Both the position numbers and the translations under genes were made by a program. A DNA stretch of 64,000 nt, from contig CP060756.1 of NCBI GenBank assembly GCA_023205875.1, positions 62,001-126,000 of the forward strand. Direction: 5' to 3'. A model generated the notes under the pieces. That model was not told the DNA's origin. It worked only from the letters and a program-made list of their open reading frames with translations, and did no database searches. How positions within the stretch are numbered: position 1 is the first letter of the stretch; the number at the start of each line of letters is the position of its first letter. The stretch is from Chloropicon primus. Its lineage: Eukaryota. Of this stretch, positions 1-11,461 are shown in pieces.

Positions 1-124
1 TGATCTGGTTCAAAAAAATTAATTCTCCAGAGAGGGAGAGGCAATCCATGAAACGGATGAAGGAGACCTGCTTTCTTGAGTTGGTTTTGTGATACATTAC
101 TACTACTGGACAGAAGAAAATAAT

Positions 125-3100
125 TTAAGAAAGGCTGAGGGCGAGGTCAGACTCAAGGACCTCGTTGTAGCTTCCACAACCCTTGAGCGCAAAGAAAGTT
201 CCCAGACCCTTCTTCACCCTAACCCTGTACTGCCTCTTGTACTCGAGGTCGTGCTGGGGGTGGAATCGGATCGTAATCTTTTGCTGCTGGGGCTGTCCGA
301 TGCCCCGGCCCCGAATCATTCCGGAGGTTGGAGCAATCTCGAACACGGGCTTGGCCTTCTCTGCGACGGTCACCCTGTTGGAGAGCCTCCTGGTGCCGGT
401 GCTGGAAGAGGAGAGCTTTCTTGGCTTGCTCTCCTCGAGCTCTGTTATGGACCACATCGCGTCAACGATAGTGGGGTTCGTCAGGGTCAGCTCTATCACC
501 TTTGGAGCATTCGGATGGACGTTATCGAAGCTGATGTTGTCCTGCGACAAGGCGATCTTTGGATACAGCAGCTTCGTCTGCATGGGGAACTCCTGGACGC
601 AGACTGTTGCGGCACCCTCCAGGACGTTCGGTCCGCTCTGCGGCAGGTACAATATCTTCAGGAAGCCGTCGATGTTCTCGAACAACCCTTCGGGCTCCGA
701 AGTCATCTTCTGCTTCTCGTACTGTAAAGTTACGTCTACATTTTCGCTGGGGGGGATGACGAACACCTTGCTCACCCCCTTCTTGTCGGTGGCCGGCTGA
801 GGATACGAGGTGACCACCGAGACGATCTTGTAGGGACCCTCGACCACGATGCGGCACATCACGGTTGTGCTCTGCAGATTGGTGAAGGCCAAGGACTTCT
901 TGTAGCTTGCGTCGTCACCAGGCACGCAGGAGTGGCACGTGAACTTCAACTGCTCCAAGCCCTGCGTGTCCAGCCTTGGCTGAATTGTGTTTGCAAGGAG
1001 GTTCAATCTCAGGCTCCCCAAGGGCTCGCAGGGAGGGGCAGCAAACGGATGGAACGAGCCAGCGAGGTTTGCTCCAACGCTCTCCTCGCTTGGTTCGCTG
1101 AATTGGATGTGTTGCTTCCCCCGGATGACGGCTTCCCACACCCTGGGCACGGTGCCAGCAAACTCGATCTCTGCGCCTTTGACCGATCCCGCGGGAATCA
1201 CCAAGCTCTTTGGCAAGAGCTTGAATGGGAGCTCGCCGTCAAGGTTTTTACCCTTCTCCTCGATCGCCACCTGAACTCCCCCATCGGCCTTTGCGACAAA
1301 GTCCACAAAGGCAGGAGTGTCCTCGTTCCCGCTGTCCGTCTCTCCCAGGAGACTGACCGTCCAATCCACCTTCATGTCGAAGGAGGAAGTGTTCGAGACC
1401 CAGAACTTCCTCTTCTCCGCGGCCGAAGCCACGCAAAGGTCGCCCCAGTTGATGCTCAGAGACCTGTTGTCGACCGTCTTCTCGACGGTATAGACTTGCG
1501 ACTGGAGGGCAAGAGGGCTGCCTATGACCCCCGCCTTCACTGGGATGGACTTGCATGGCAAGCCGCCGATCTCGCAGTGAAGGGTATCAAAATACGTTCC
1601 GCACATGTTGTTCGTGCACGTGATTTGGAACTCCGTAGAGCCCCAAGGCTCCAGAGTCGTTTGCATGGGATTGGCAAGGAAGACGACTCCCCGGTTTCCA
1701 GCTTCCCTGAGGAGAGCCTTGTCCTTATCTTGGCTCAACTTGGAGTCAATCTTCCCGATCACGCTGTCACTCAAGAGCACCGTCTCCAACGCCTTTGCCG
1801 TAAGGGTTTTCGACATCTGCACTTTCCTCTTCTTCGTCGGAACCTTGGTGACCAGGGACACCATATCGGAGGACCGGAGCATCATTTCGGACATGTTGCC
1901 CGTGCCCATGGAGTGGCTAAGCTGGTCGCTGGCAAGGATCTCTTCCTGAGAGAGTCCAAAATTCTCGAACACGATGTCCACGGGGGCTCGGATGGCACTC
2001 TGGTTGTGAATGATGAGCGCCATGGAGGCCCTCCTGCCGATTGGAAGATGTTCCCCGAAGTCTATCCTCAGCTCCTTGCCGTCGTCTTCCGAGACCTCGA
2101 TGTTGTCGTTCCCCCTGATCTCGTACTTGACGGATATTCCCTCGATCTCCGTCGTGATCTGCAAGCCCAGAGGCTCCTCCATACCCGAGAGCTCGCAAGG
2201 CAGGATCACATTGCAGGAGCCCGTCGAGCGTGGGATCATCTCGATGTCGAATTCCTCCGTCTTGCCCGGGCTGATCGTGCCCTTTTGCGGCGAAACGAGA
2301 ATTTGCAGCTTGTCGGCATCGTCCTCGCTCAGCACGTCCTCAGGCATCCAGCAGTAGTGGGACGGCAGTTGGGTCAAGTTGTGGATCTTCACCGTGCGCT
2401 CGACGGCTACGTTCAGGTACGTCACGCCCACGTCGATCTCCGTCGTTGACAAGCAGGCGTAGGGCGCGACAACGTCGGCCCTCACAGTGATCTTCTGTTG
2501 GGAGCAAACCACGTTTCCGACCATGACCTGGCAGGAAATAATCGTTCTCAGCGCTTGAGCTGATGAGCATGTGCAGGAGAGGACGAAGGCCTTGCGCTCG
2601 TTTGGCTCCAGAACTCCAGAGTCTTCAGAGAACTTGAACACCCAGTCCTTTGAAGCTCTGGAAGGCAAGTCGAACTCCTTCAGCACGAACTCGGCCTGGG
2701 CATCCGAGCAGTTTTGCAGCTCGAAGCTCGCTTCCACCTCCTTCGTCTCTTCTACCAGGCCGAAATCAATCTGTGGAGCAAGAAATTTGATCTTTGGGCC
2801 ATCCACATTGTACACCAGCCTCAGCGGAAGTTGTGGCCCGTGCTCGATGTCGTTCGCGATGGTTATATCTGTCCTCCCCAAGTCGGACGCCAGGACTGTG
2901 ATGTCGCACTCTATCGCATCTTCTGGGGGCACGAGGGCCTCTTGCGGGAAGACCTTAACGTTTGGCGGGAGGTTCTTCCACGAGAAGTGTGCGGGAGCCT
3001 TCGAATGGTTCGAGATCGTCACGTTCCTCTCGTACTGCTTGCCAAAGAGCATGGTGCCACTGAACTCGAGCAGCGCAGGAGACACCTCGATGTTCACGCC

Positions 3101-5179
3101 CTTCCCGCTACCTTCGAGGTCAAGCTCTATGACTTTGCTGAGAAGGGAGCCCTCGCTGGTGTGCGAATGCGACTCTATCATGAGCTGAGCACCGTACATG
3201 TACGTCTCGATCTCGTGGGGCTCGAAGACGAACATGAACTCGCTGTTCTCGTGTGCGCCCAAGACGCCCGACATGGGGGAGATCTGAAAGATGTTTTTGC
3301 TCTTTCCCGACCCATCCATGGAGTACCCGTTGTCCACGAGAACCCAGTGATAGGCCAGAGGGATAGGCGTGTTATTCCGGACGACGACGGTTCTCGGGTG
3401 CTTTGCACCCGGCACCACTTCGCCAAACCAAACTTTCCTTTCGAAGGGCACGAGGCCCTTTACGTTCTCCTTGTTCGAAGCCCGTTGCTTGGCCTCCTCG
3501 TCCTCGAACACTGGCTTGCCGTCAACAGATTCGAGGGTGATGTCGAGCTTCACCCCGAGTCCCACTATGGAAAAGGTCTCTATCTTGCAGTTGTCGCAGA
3601 GCATCTTGAATTTCCGAATGAAGTTGCCAGACTCTTGAGGCAAGAACCCTATCTTTATGGTGGTCTCGTCCCCCGTGTACAGCTTGAAGGACGAGGGCTC
3701 GAAGGTGAAAGGCACCAGGTCGATTGGACCACTTGTGCTGACGTCCATTTCGGTGTTCGGCCAGTCCTCCTCCGGGACCACCGTGAACGAGCCCCTTCCC
3801 CCCGAATTCAAGCACTGGAATTCCGTGACCAGGGTGTGCCCAAGCAGGCAAGGGCCGCAGTCGAAGGCCTTCGGCACCGACAAGTTCGGCGACGGCCTCC
3901 TCGCCGCGACTTGAACCTGGAAGTTGCTCACGTCCGTCTCTATCGAAAAGAAGTCGTCGTAATCCGCCAGAGAGTCTGGCATGAAGTACAGCTCGCACTT
4001 GCAGCACATTCCGGGGGCCAGGAGGTTCTTCGATCCAGGGAACTGCACGTTCGCGATGGAGAAGTACTTGGACCTGGGCGGCAAAAACCTCGCCCGCCTG
4101 CTCAGACCGCTGACATTCCTGACCCGGATCTCCATCAAGTACATCCCGCCGAGCTCGTAGTCCAGGAACTCGATGTTGTTTGGCTCCACTTTGAAGAGGG
4201 AGGGCGCCTTCTCGCTGCCCTTCTTCAAGGATTTCGGCACCTTCTTCGACTCCAAGTACCTCGGGTTCTGCGTGTAATTCAGCTTCTGCTTCATTCTTTG
4301 CAGGATCTTGACCTCCTCGTCCCACTGTGCTGCGCTCATCTTCTGTGACAGCTCCTTCAGTCTCCTCTCGGACTCTCTCGCCTTCTTGATGAGCTGCTCG
4401 TCCGTCAGACCGGAGAAGGACTTGTACGTCACCTTCCTCGGGTACTGGTCGAGCATCCTGCTTCTGACCTTCAAGTTGTTCGTGGTCTTGAGGTACCCCT
4501 TGGCCTCGTTCTCAAAGTATTCTATGGTCTTCGGGGGTGCGCTCTTTGCGTCCCTCGCCTGCAAGATGGTCTCCCACAAGGACTGCGGGTTGAGCAGGTT
4601 CATGCTCTCCAGCTTGCCCTCGCTCAGGTTGCTCGTGAGGAACGAAGGCATCTCCGGCAGCCCCGTGTCCCTCCACTGAGGCGTATAGAGCTCGTCCGCC
4701 TTGGAGAGAGCGGCGTCCTCGGCTTCTTTTGCTCGCTGCTCGGCAAGCTTCAAGTGTCCCTCGAGTTCGCACACGTAAGACACAAAGTCCTCGCAGGTCT
4801 TGTTCACCAATTGGATCTTGCCTTCGTAGATGTCCACCACCTCCTCCTCCTCCTCCTCAGGCTTGGAGGGGCTGCCCTCCCCGAGGTCGCCCTCCCCCTC
4901 CTCCTTTCCCTCGTCTCCGCTCGCTACGCTCTTCGCGGGGCTGCCCGGTCCCTTGGCAGGGCTCTCGCCTCCCTCGGCGTCGCCCTCTCCCCCCTCCCCC
5001 GCTCCCTGCTCCTCCTCCTCCGCGGCGGGCTCCGCGAAGAGGTCCGGGAAGGAGTCCACGAACACCGAGTAAATCTCTTGCGTCAGATTGCTGCTGGAGT
5101 CCAGCGACAAGGGGCCCACCCCCGGTGTCTGGACTGGAGCTTGTGCCTCCGTCCCAGTCTCCACCTCCGTCTCCGTCAT
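125..5179 (-). CDS. DLEC1: DLEC1/CFAP81-like ciliary central-apparatus protein with multiple ASH/Ig-like domains
   Basis: 1684-aa single ORF with tandem ASH-type beta domains. The segments 'LAPGMCCKCELYFMPDSLADYDD', 'CLNSGGRGSF' and 'CTNNMCGTYFDTLHC' resemble DLEC1. Confidence 0.75.
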   Translation of the reverse strand: MTETEVETGTEAQAPVQTPGVGPLSLDSSSNLTQEIYSVFVDSFPDLFAEPAAEEEEQGAGEGGEGDAEGGESPAKGPGSPAKSVASGDEGKEEGEGDLGEGSPSKPEEEEEEVVDIYEGKIQLVNKTCEDFVSYVCELEGHLKLAEQRAKEAEDAALSKADELYTPQWRDTGLPEMPSFLTSNLSEGKLESMNLLNPQSLWETILQARDAKSAPPKTIEYFENEAKGYLKTTNNLKVRSRMLDQYPRKVTYKSFSGLTDEQLIKKARESERRLKELSQKMSAAQWDEEVKILQRMKQKLNYTQNPRYLESKKVPKSLKKGSEKAPSLFKVEPNNIEFLDYELGGMYLMEIRVRNVSGLSRRARFLPPRSKYFSIANVQFPGSKNLLAPGMCCKCELYFMPDSLADYDDFFSIETDVSNFQVQVAARRPSPNLSVPKAFDCGPCLLGHTLVTEFQCLNSGGRGSFTVVPEEDWPNTEMDVSTSGPIDLVPFTFEPSSFKLYTGDETTIKIGFLPQESGNFIRKFKMLCDNCKIETFSIVGLGVKLDITLESVDGKPVFEDEEAKQRASNKENVKGLVPFERKVWFGEVVPGAKHPRTVVVRNNTPIPLAYHWVLVDNGYSMDGSGKSKNIFQISPMSGVLGAHENSEFMFVFEPHEIETYMYGAQLMIESHSHTSEGSLLSKVIELDLEGSGKGVNIEVSPALLEFSGTMLFGKQYERNVTISNHSKAPAHFSWKNLPPNVKVFPQEALVPPEDAIECDITVLASDLGRTDITIANDIEHGPQLPLRLVYNVDGPKIKFLAPQIDFGLVEETKEVEASFELQNCSDAQAEFVLKEFDLPSRASKDWVFKFSEDSGVLEPNERKAFVLSCTCSSAQALRTIISCQVMVGNVVCSQQKITVRADVVAPYACLSTTEIDVGVTYLNVAVERTVKIHNLTQLPSHYCWMPEDVLSEDDADKLQILVSPQKGTISPGKTEEFDIEMIPRSTGSCNVILPCELSGMEEPLGLQITTEIEGISVKYEIRGNDNIEVSEDDGKELRIDFGEHLPIGRRASMALIIHNQSAIRAPVDIVFENFGLSQEEILASDQLSHSMGTGNMSEMMLRSSDMVSLVTKVPTKKRKVQMSKTLTAKALETVLLSDSVIGKIDSKLSQDKDKALLREAGNRGVVFLANPMQTTLEPWGSTEFQITCTNNMCGTYFDTLHCEIGGLPCKSIPVKAGVIGSPLALQSQVYTVEKTVDNRSLSINWGDLCVASAAEKRKFWVSNTSSFDMKVDWTVSLLGETDSGNEDTPAFVDFVAKADGGVQVAIEEKGKNLDGELPFKLLPKSLVIPAGSVKGAEIEFAGTVPRVWEAVIRGKQHIQFSEPSEESVGANLAGSFHPFAAPPCEPLGSLRLNLLANTIQPRLDTQGLEQLKFTCHSCVPGDDASYKKSLAFTNLQSTTVMCRIVVEGPYKIVSVVTSYPQPATDKKGVSKVFVIPPSENVDVTLQYEKQKMTSEPEGLFENIDGFLKILYLPQSGPNVLEGAATVCVQEFPMQTKLLYPKIALSQDNISFDNVHPNAPKVIELTLTNPTIVDAMWSITELEESKPRKLSSSSTGTRRLSNRVTVAEKAKPVFEIAPTSGMIRGRGIGQPQQQKITIRFHPQHDLEYKRQYRVRVKKGLGTFFALKGCGSYNEVLESDLALSLS

Positions 5180-5720
5180 CTTCCCTTGTTCTTCCGCCTC
5201 GTCCCCAGCACGGAGCGGTGGCTAGAGCTCAGAGCCACGAGCGGATTGACTGGCGCTTCAATTCCCGCCCACAACCTCAACCACCACCAGTCCTCCTCGC
5301 TCTCTTCCCTTGGGCCTTTGGTGTGGTCCCAGGCAATCTTGTTCAGCTCCTGGTGCTTTAGGTTTATTTTGTTTTGTTTTGTTTTTGCCGCGGGTATGTG
5401 TCTTGTGCTTCGTTTGTCCTGCCGGTGACAGAGGCGGAGTCCCCTCAGTTGGGTCGCGAAGGGAACCTCGTGTCCGTCCGCACTCCAAGGTCGTCCCCTT
5501 GCGGTCCCTTGGCTTCCAGGGCTTGGTCAAATGTTCAAAATGGAGCAGAGGAAATGTCCAGGGGGAGGGATAGGATATCGATGGAGAGGTGAGATCCGAG
5601 GGAAGGTGGGGGGGGACCAGTGCCCTGTCCTGTTCTTTTCTTTCCTACTAGATTACATACGTATGGAAAACGTGTCGTACAAGTTACAAAGTAAGAAAAC
5701 AAATGGTACAAACAAATCCA

Positions 5721-7367
5721 CTACATGAACCTCCGGCTCATCTCCTTCAGCAGGGCCTGGTACTGGTCCTCCCCCAGGACCCTCCTGTCGCTGGCCCAGG
5801 TGAGGAGCTCCTGCATTCTCAGGGCGGCCTCCCCGTTGGTGTCGACGGTCTTGCGCAGCATGTGCGCCTGGGACTTGTGGGATATGGTCATCTGGCAGGG
5901 CTTCTGAGTCCAGGGCTCCCCGTCCACCTGCATCGCCATCGGGGAGGTCATCTCGATCGTGATCTCCTTGCCCTGGCAGAGCTGGGTGGGCCTCGAGAGC
6001 CCGACGTTCATCTCCCCGAGGTGGAGGGATCCGTTCACCGCCACCACGTCCAGCATGCCGTCGTGCATGCTGGAACGGCCGAAACTCTGAAAGGTTCCGT
6101 ACCTGTGGAGGTTCTCCTGCGAGCCGGCCCTGTCGTTCCACATCTTCACGCCCCCGGCGAAGCTGTTGACGTTCAGAAGAATGATCCCCTCGGCGTAGCT
6201 CGGGATGTCGACCTCCTCGCCGTCGCACACCAGCCTCATCTTGCTGGCCAGGCCGGCGCAGGACCGGTCCACGATCTCCCTCGCCCCGTGCAAGACGTAC
6301 CACAGCTTGTTCGTCAGCCTGCTGAAGAACCACTCGGGGTACTGGTCCCTGGTCTGGTGGAACCTCAGCGCCGTGGTCGCGTCCACCCCGATCCCAAAGT
6401 AGTTGTTGAAGATAATCGAGCTGGGGGCCGCCTTGGACGCCTTCCTGGTGGCTCTGCCCGAGTTGGCCACCTCGATCTCCCACCGGTCCAGGAGCGTGAT
6501 GTGGGCGTCCTTCACGCCAACAAGGATCTCCGGTATGTTGTCGTCCATGTTGAACCCCCTGCCCCAGCCGAGAACCCTGGCCAGGTCGTTGCCCGTTCCC
6601 AGGGGCAGCACCGCCACCGGGATGGGGCCGTTCCTCAGATTCAACCCCTCGATCGTGTTCAGAATCCACTGGATGGTGCCGTCCCCGCCGCACACCAGCA
6701 CCTTGACGTTGGGCACGTCGGAGAATATCTTGAGGATCCTCTCCGGGTTGTGGACCGCGAGGTCGAACACCTGGTGCGGGTTCAGGTTCCGGCTCAGCTC
6801 CTCGTACAAGAAGGCGCCCTTCTGCCCCCCGGACTTCCTGTTCACGAAAACGATCAGAGGCGTGAAGTCGCTCGGGAGGGCCTCCGCGTCGATGATCGGG
6901 CGCTCGGCGCCAGCGGCCGCGCTCCCGTTCGTGCCAGCGGGGGTCGCCCCGCCGCCCCCCTCCCCCCCCTCCCTCTTCTTCTTTGGCGTGAGCAGAGCCT
7001 TACCCCGAGCGGACAGGGAGGTGTACGTCAGCTTGCTCCTCTTCTTCTGCCTCTCCAGCTCCTTGGGCCGCCTCACCGCACTGGGCGGAAGAATGAGCCT
7101 CCTGTGCCGCGACCTCTCGAGGTTCTCGAAGACCCAGACCCTCTTCACCGTCTTGGCGAAGAGCCACCTCGTCGTCAGTATCGCCACGACTATGGTCACG
7201 GTGGTCGCCAGGGTCACCCACATGGGCGGGACTATCACGTCCACCAAGGACCCCGCGTGCGTCGCCGTCACATTCACCTCGCCTCCCTGGTCCAGGCTCC
7301 CGTCCCCCACCGTGCACGACGCAAAGTTCTCCAGCACGAACGTGCAGTTCACCCCTCGTTCTTCCAT
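5721..7367 (-). CDS. DGK: Diacylglycerol kinase with N-terminal membrane anchor
   Basis: Catalytic motifs PLIVFVNRKSGGQ, CGGDGT and LPLGTGNDLAR; accessory motifs NNYFGIG and MQVDGEPW. ATG at 7367 chosen. Confidence 0.92.
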   Translation of the reverse strand: MEERGVNCTFVLENFASCTVGDGSLDQGGEVNVTATHAGSLVDVIVPPMWVTLATTVTIVVAILTTRWLFAKTVKRVWVFENLERSRHRRLILPPSAVRRPKELERQKKRSKLTYTSLSARGKALLTPKKKREGGEGGGGATPAGTNGSAAAGAERPIIDAEALPSDFTPLIVFVNRKSGGQKGAFLYEELSRNLNPHQVFDLAVHNPERILKIFSDVPNVKVLVCGGDGTIQWILNTIEGLNLRNGPIPVAVLPLGTGNDLARVLGWGRGFNMDDNIPEILVGVKDAHITLLDRWEIEVANSGRATRKASKAAPSSIIFNNYFGIGVDATTALRFHQTRDQYPEWFFSRLTNKLWYVLHGAREIVDRSCAGLASKMRLVCDGEEVDIPSYAEGIILLNVNSFAGGVKMWNDRAGSQENLHRYGTFQSFGRSSMHDGMLDVVAVNGSLHLGEMNVGLSRPTQLCQGKEITIEMTSPMAMQVDGEPWTQKPCQMTISHKSQAHMLRKTVDTNGEAALRMQELLTWASDRRVLGEDQYQALLKEMSRRFM

Positions 7368-7571
7368 CCTCCTCCGGGATCCTGGCTGAGACCAAGCTTG
7401 CGCCAAGGGTAACGCGAAACGAAGGAAGAGGAAAACCTCCGTGGATTCCCGCGCTTCCAACACAACCACACGCACACGATCGCGCGCGCAAGGCAAAGCA
7501 AGGCAAAGCGAAGCGTCTCGGGTCTCGTCTCGTCTTGGCTTGGCCTCCGCAAGGACTTTCCCGCCCTTTCC

Positions 7572-7608
7572 TTTAGGTTTTAGGGTTTTAGGGTTTAGGG
7601 TTTTAGGG
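7572..7608 (+). repeat. Interstitial telomere-like T3-4AGGG repeats (telo-box cluster)
   Basis: tttaggttttagggttttagggtttagggttttaggg lying between divergent genes. Confidence 0.8.
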
Positions 7609-7972
7609 AGCGTCACGCGAGGAGGCACGAAACCCTTGTAACCGACGGCGCACACGAGGCGAGGCGAGGTTAGGTTGCGTTGGGAGAGAGGGGAAGGGAT
7701 GCAGGTGCATGCTAGGAGGCCGGGGAGTACGGTACTGGGTGCTCGTTAGGGGAAGGAAGACTTGGCAAGAGGGACGGAAACACCAAGCGCGGGCGTTGGG
7801 AACGACGCGAGAAACGCGGGAGGGGCAAGAAGGGAGCGAGGAGGCGTTGGAGAGAAAGAGCGCCGGGGGCGAGGAGAAAGGGACGAGGAGGGGGGGCGAC
7901 GGGTCGGAACACGGAGGGAGTTGCAAGCCGCTGCCGCGACCGGCGAGGACGATAAGAGAGTACTGCGAGATC

Positions 7973-8105
7973 ATGTTGGGCAGAACAGAGAAAGAGACAA
8001 GGCTTGTCTCGCCAACGACGCCGAGGAACGAGAAGAGCATTGTTGCGGGTGAGTTCCACTCCCTTTCCGCCGCTCGACCGGCCGCGCGCGGAGACCCTGA
8101 CCCTT

Positions 8106-8141
<36 letters not shown>

Positions 8142-9698
8142 TGTGTGTGCAATTGCAAACCAAAACTCGAAACAGAGTACGACATCAAGGAGGTCGTGGG
8201 GAAGGGCCAGTACGGCGTGTGCCACCGGGCCATAAGGAGAAGCGACGGCGCAGAGGTTGCCATCAAGAGCATAAGCAGGTCGAAGCTCCTGACGCGGCAG
8301 GATTTGGAGGAGGTCGACCGCGAGATCGCCATCATGAGGCACCTCGCCGGGCATCCGAACATCGTGCAGATCTTCGAGGTCTACGAGGACACGAGCTACA
8401 TCCACCTCGTCCAGGAGCTCTGCAAGGGCGGAGAGCTCTTCGACCAGATCATTAGCAAGGGGCACTACAGCGAGAAGGAGGCCGCCGGGATGGTGAGAAC
8501 GATCCTGGCCGTCATCAAACACATGCACGACCTTGGGGTGGTGCACCGAGACCTCAAGCCGGAGAACTTTCTGTTCGCGTCCAAGGTGGGGACTGCGGAC
8601 ACTGACTCGTCGCTCAAGGCAATCGATTTCGGCCTGAGCTGCTTCTTTTCCAAAGACAACCCGCTTAAAGACTGCGTCGGCAGCTCGTACTACATCGCCC
8701 CGGAGGTCCTCCGGAGGTCTTACGACAAGAAGGCGGACATCTGGTCCGCTGGGGTGATCCTGTACATCTTGCTGTGCGGTTCCCCCCCGTTCTTCGGGTC
8801 CTGCGACAGGGACATCCTGCACAAAGTGATGCGATACAGGGACGGGACGCTCAACTTCAAGTTCCAGCCCTGGCCGGAGATCTCGGAGGGCGCCAAGGAG
8901 TGCGTCACGATGATGCTGAAGCTGGACCCCAAGGAGAGGGCGAGCATCCGGACGGTCCTCGAGCACCCGTGGATGAAGGAGAACGGGTCCGCCTCTGCTA
9001 GACCGATATCGAACGAGGTGGTCAACAGGTTGTCCCGGTTCGTGAAGATGAGCAAGCTGCAGAAGCTGATCTCGCGGATGATGGCGGAAATGCTCTCCCC
9101 CGCGGAGATCAAAGGGCTTCACACCATCTTCCAGAGGCTGGACTCGGACAATGACGGGGTCGTTACCATGGACGAGCTGCGAGCCGGCCTGGTCAAGTGG
9201 GGCGTGAAGAACGGGGAGCTTGAGAACCACGTGGCCCAAATGATGAAAAACATGGACATGGACGGCAGCGGCACCATTGACTTGGATGAGTTCATGAGCG
9301 CGACCATGAGCATGTGCCAGTTCGAGCACGAGGGGAACATGTTGCAAGCCTTCATGAACATAGATAAGGACAGGAACGGGGTCATCAGCAGGGAGGAGCT
9401 CGGGAAGGCCCTGACCGACTACGGCTTGGTGGACACGCAAGATTCCATAGACGAGATCCTGGACGAGGTGGACACCAACAGGGACGGCCTGATCGACTAC
9501 CAGGAGTTCGTCGCCAACCTTTCGGAGGTCAAGATGTTCAGGGTCGCTACCTTCGACCTCAAGATGTCTGGGAGGTCGTTCTGGTCGGGCTCGGAGACTC
9601 TGAGCAGCAGGGACTTTGGAGGCAACCGCAGCAGGAGGGTTAGCAAAACGATCAGGGACTGGGACTCCTCCAAGGACATGGACGTGGACTCGGACTAA
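7973..9698 (+). CDS. CPK: Calcium-dependent protein kinase (2 exons; intron 8049-8175)
   Basis: GKGQYG, HRDLKPEN, DFG and APE kinase motifs, a junction region and four EF hands. The GT..AG intron restores 'SIVAEYDIKE'. Start could be 7709 or 7973. Confidence 0.92.
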
Positions 9699-10189
9699 AC
9701 TAGAGTTTTTTGACCCCAGAGTGTTTTGATCCCGGGCCTGGCTCGTTGTAACGCGATTCAAGATTTTCTTCTCCCACGTCCTCCAGGTCCTCTAATCCTT
9801 TGCTGCTCGAAAAGAATGCTAAGTTACACAACCCCCCCCAGTGTTACGTTTACCTCCCGCTCCGGTCAGACCGTGCCAGCATACGGCTTCGAAGCCTTTC
9901 CCTCCGCTGGCTTGTTTTCTTTTCGACCCCGGGAGAACCAAGAGAACGGCGCGGACAAGAGACCGGGAACGGAAGAGAGGAGCGTTTTCCCCTTGGCCTT
10001 CTCGAGCTCCCGCGCCAGCCTTCGAGTTCGCCGAGCGAGCGAGCGCGTTGCGATGAATTCGAAGAGCAGGGCAAGAGAGGGAGAGAGAGACAGAGCGAAA
10101 CGCGGTCAGCACGCGTGTTCTCTGGCGGCCCTCCCACCAACCCACAACCACAACCACAACCACAAGACTTTCAAACATGGGATTCACAC

Positions 10190-10345
10190 TTACAGTTTGT
10201 TTTCCCTTCTGCTTCGTTCCAGACTCTTCTCGAGTTCCTCGATCCTTTCGTTCATCTGATACTTGAGGTCGAGGTTTCTATACGTGAGTGCAAGGAAGCA
10301 CACCGTCCCTATCCCCACCACCTGGGCATTGCTAAACCCCGCCAT
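10190..10345 (-). CDS. Small 51-aa single-TM plus coiled-coil protein
   Basis: MAGFSNAQVVGIGTVCFLALTYRNLDLKYQMNERIEELEKSLERSRRENKL; divergent from the MBL gene. Confidence 0.5.
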   Translation of the reverse strand: MAGFSNAQVVGIGTVCFLALTYRNLDLKYQMNERIEELEKSLERSRRENKL

Positions 10346-10468
10346 CACAACTCCACTCCACAACCTCCTCTCGCGTCCTCCAGTCCTCGCCAGAGCGTCG
10401 TCCCCACCTCCGCGGGAAAGGGAAGGGAAGGGAAGGGAAGGGAAGGGGGGAAGCTTTGAGGAGGAGGA

Positions 10469-11365
10469 ATGAGGGTCCAGGGGAGAGGGAGGGGGGAGGG
10501 GCTTGGGTTGAGCGTGAGAGGGGAACAGGCCGAGAAAAGCGAAAGGAAAACGGAGAAGGAGACAAAGGATCGAGGGGGAAACATCTATTTCAGGCAGCTC
10601 TTGCCGGCACAAGATGTTGCAACATTTGCGAAGACGCAAATCGAGCAGCTGATATTCAACGTGGCGGGGATGATGAAGAACTGCATGTACCTCGTTGGCG
10701 ATGCGACGACCAAGGAGTGCGTGGTCGTCGATGGGTGCTGGGATACAGCCGCGATAGAGAGGATAGCCCAGGAGGACGGCATGAAGATTATCGCAGCGGT
10801 GGCGACGCATTACCACTTCGACCACGTGGGAGGAACGCCTCCGGCGCCCTTGCACGAGATTGGGATCAAGATTCCTGGTCTCTTCGACCTCCTCCAGCCG
10901 GAGGGGCGAAAGGGTTTCATCCACGAGTCCGAGAAACCAAAGGCGCTTCAGATATGTGGGATCACAGACGACGGATCTCTGTTAGGTGTTTCAGACGGAC
11001 ACAAGGTGAAGATAAGTGACGACGTTTCCTTGGAGTTCATCCACACGCCGGGGCACTCCCCTGGCTCTTGCTGCTTGTTGGTGTCGGAGAAGGGCGGCCA
11101 AGACGCGTTTTTGCTGTCAGGAGACACGATCTTTCCAGGGAGCCACGGCAGGGTGGACTTGCCGGAGTCGGACCCGGAGGCGATGTACACGTCGCCTGGC
11201 GTCCGAAAGCTTCTGACCTTGCGACCTGACCTGAAAATCTTTCCAGGTCACTCGTATGGCGGCAAAGTCACGACAGTGCAGAAGGAGCGGGACGTTGGCC
11301 TCTTGTCTCAGCTTGAGGTCGGCGACGGGGAGGGGGAGAAGCAGAAGATCAGGTCGAATATCTGA
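10469..11365 (+). CDS. Metallo-beta-lactamase-fold hydrolase (glyoxalase II-like)
   Basis: THYHFDH metal motif, HTPGHSPG, SGDTIF, FPGH. Confidence 0.88.
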   Translation: MRVQGRGRGEGLGLSVRGEQAEKSERKTEKETKDRGGNIYFRQLLPAQDVATFAKTQIEQLIFNVAGMMKNCMYLVGDATTKECVVVDGCWDTAAIERIAQEDGMKIIAAVATHYHFDHVGGTPPAPLHEIGIKIPGLFDLLQPEGRKGFIHESEKPKALQICGITDDGSLLGVSDGHKVKISDDVSLEFIHTPGHSPGSCCLLVSEKGGQDAFLLSGDTIFPGSHGRVDLPESDPEAMYTSPGVRKLLTLRPDLKIFPGHSYGGKVTTVQKERDVGLLSQLEVGDGEGEKQKIRSNI

Positions 11366-11461
11366 GAACGAGCTTTTTGGCATCAATCCGGTTCGGTTTT
11401 TGTTGCTAACTATCATATTATTATTACGAATTTTACGGGAAAAAAATTGTACACAACACCT

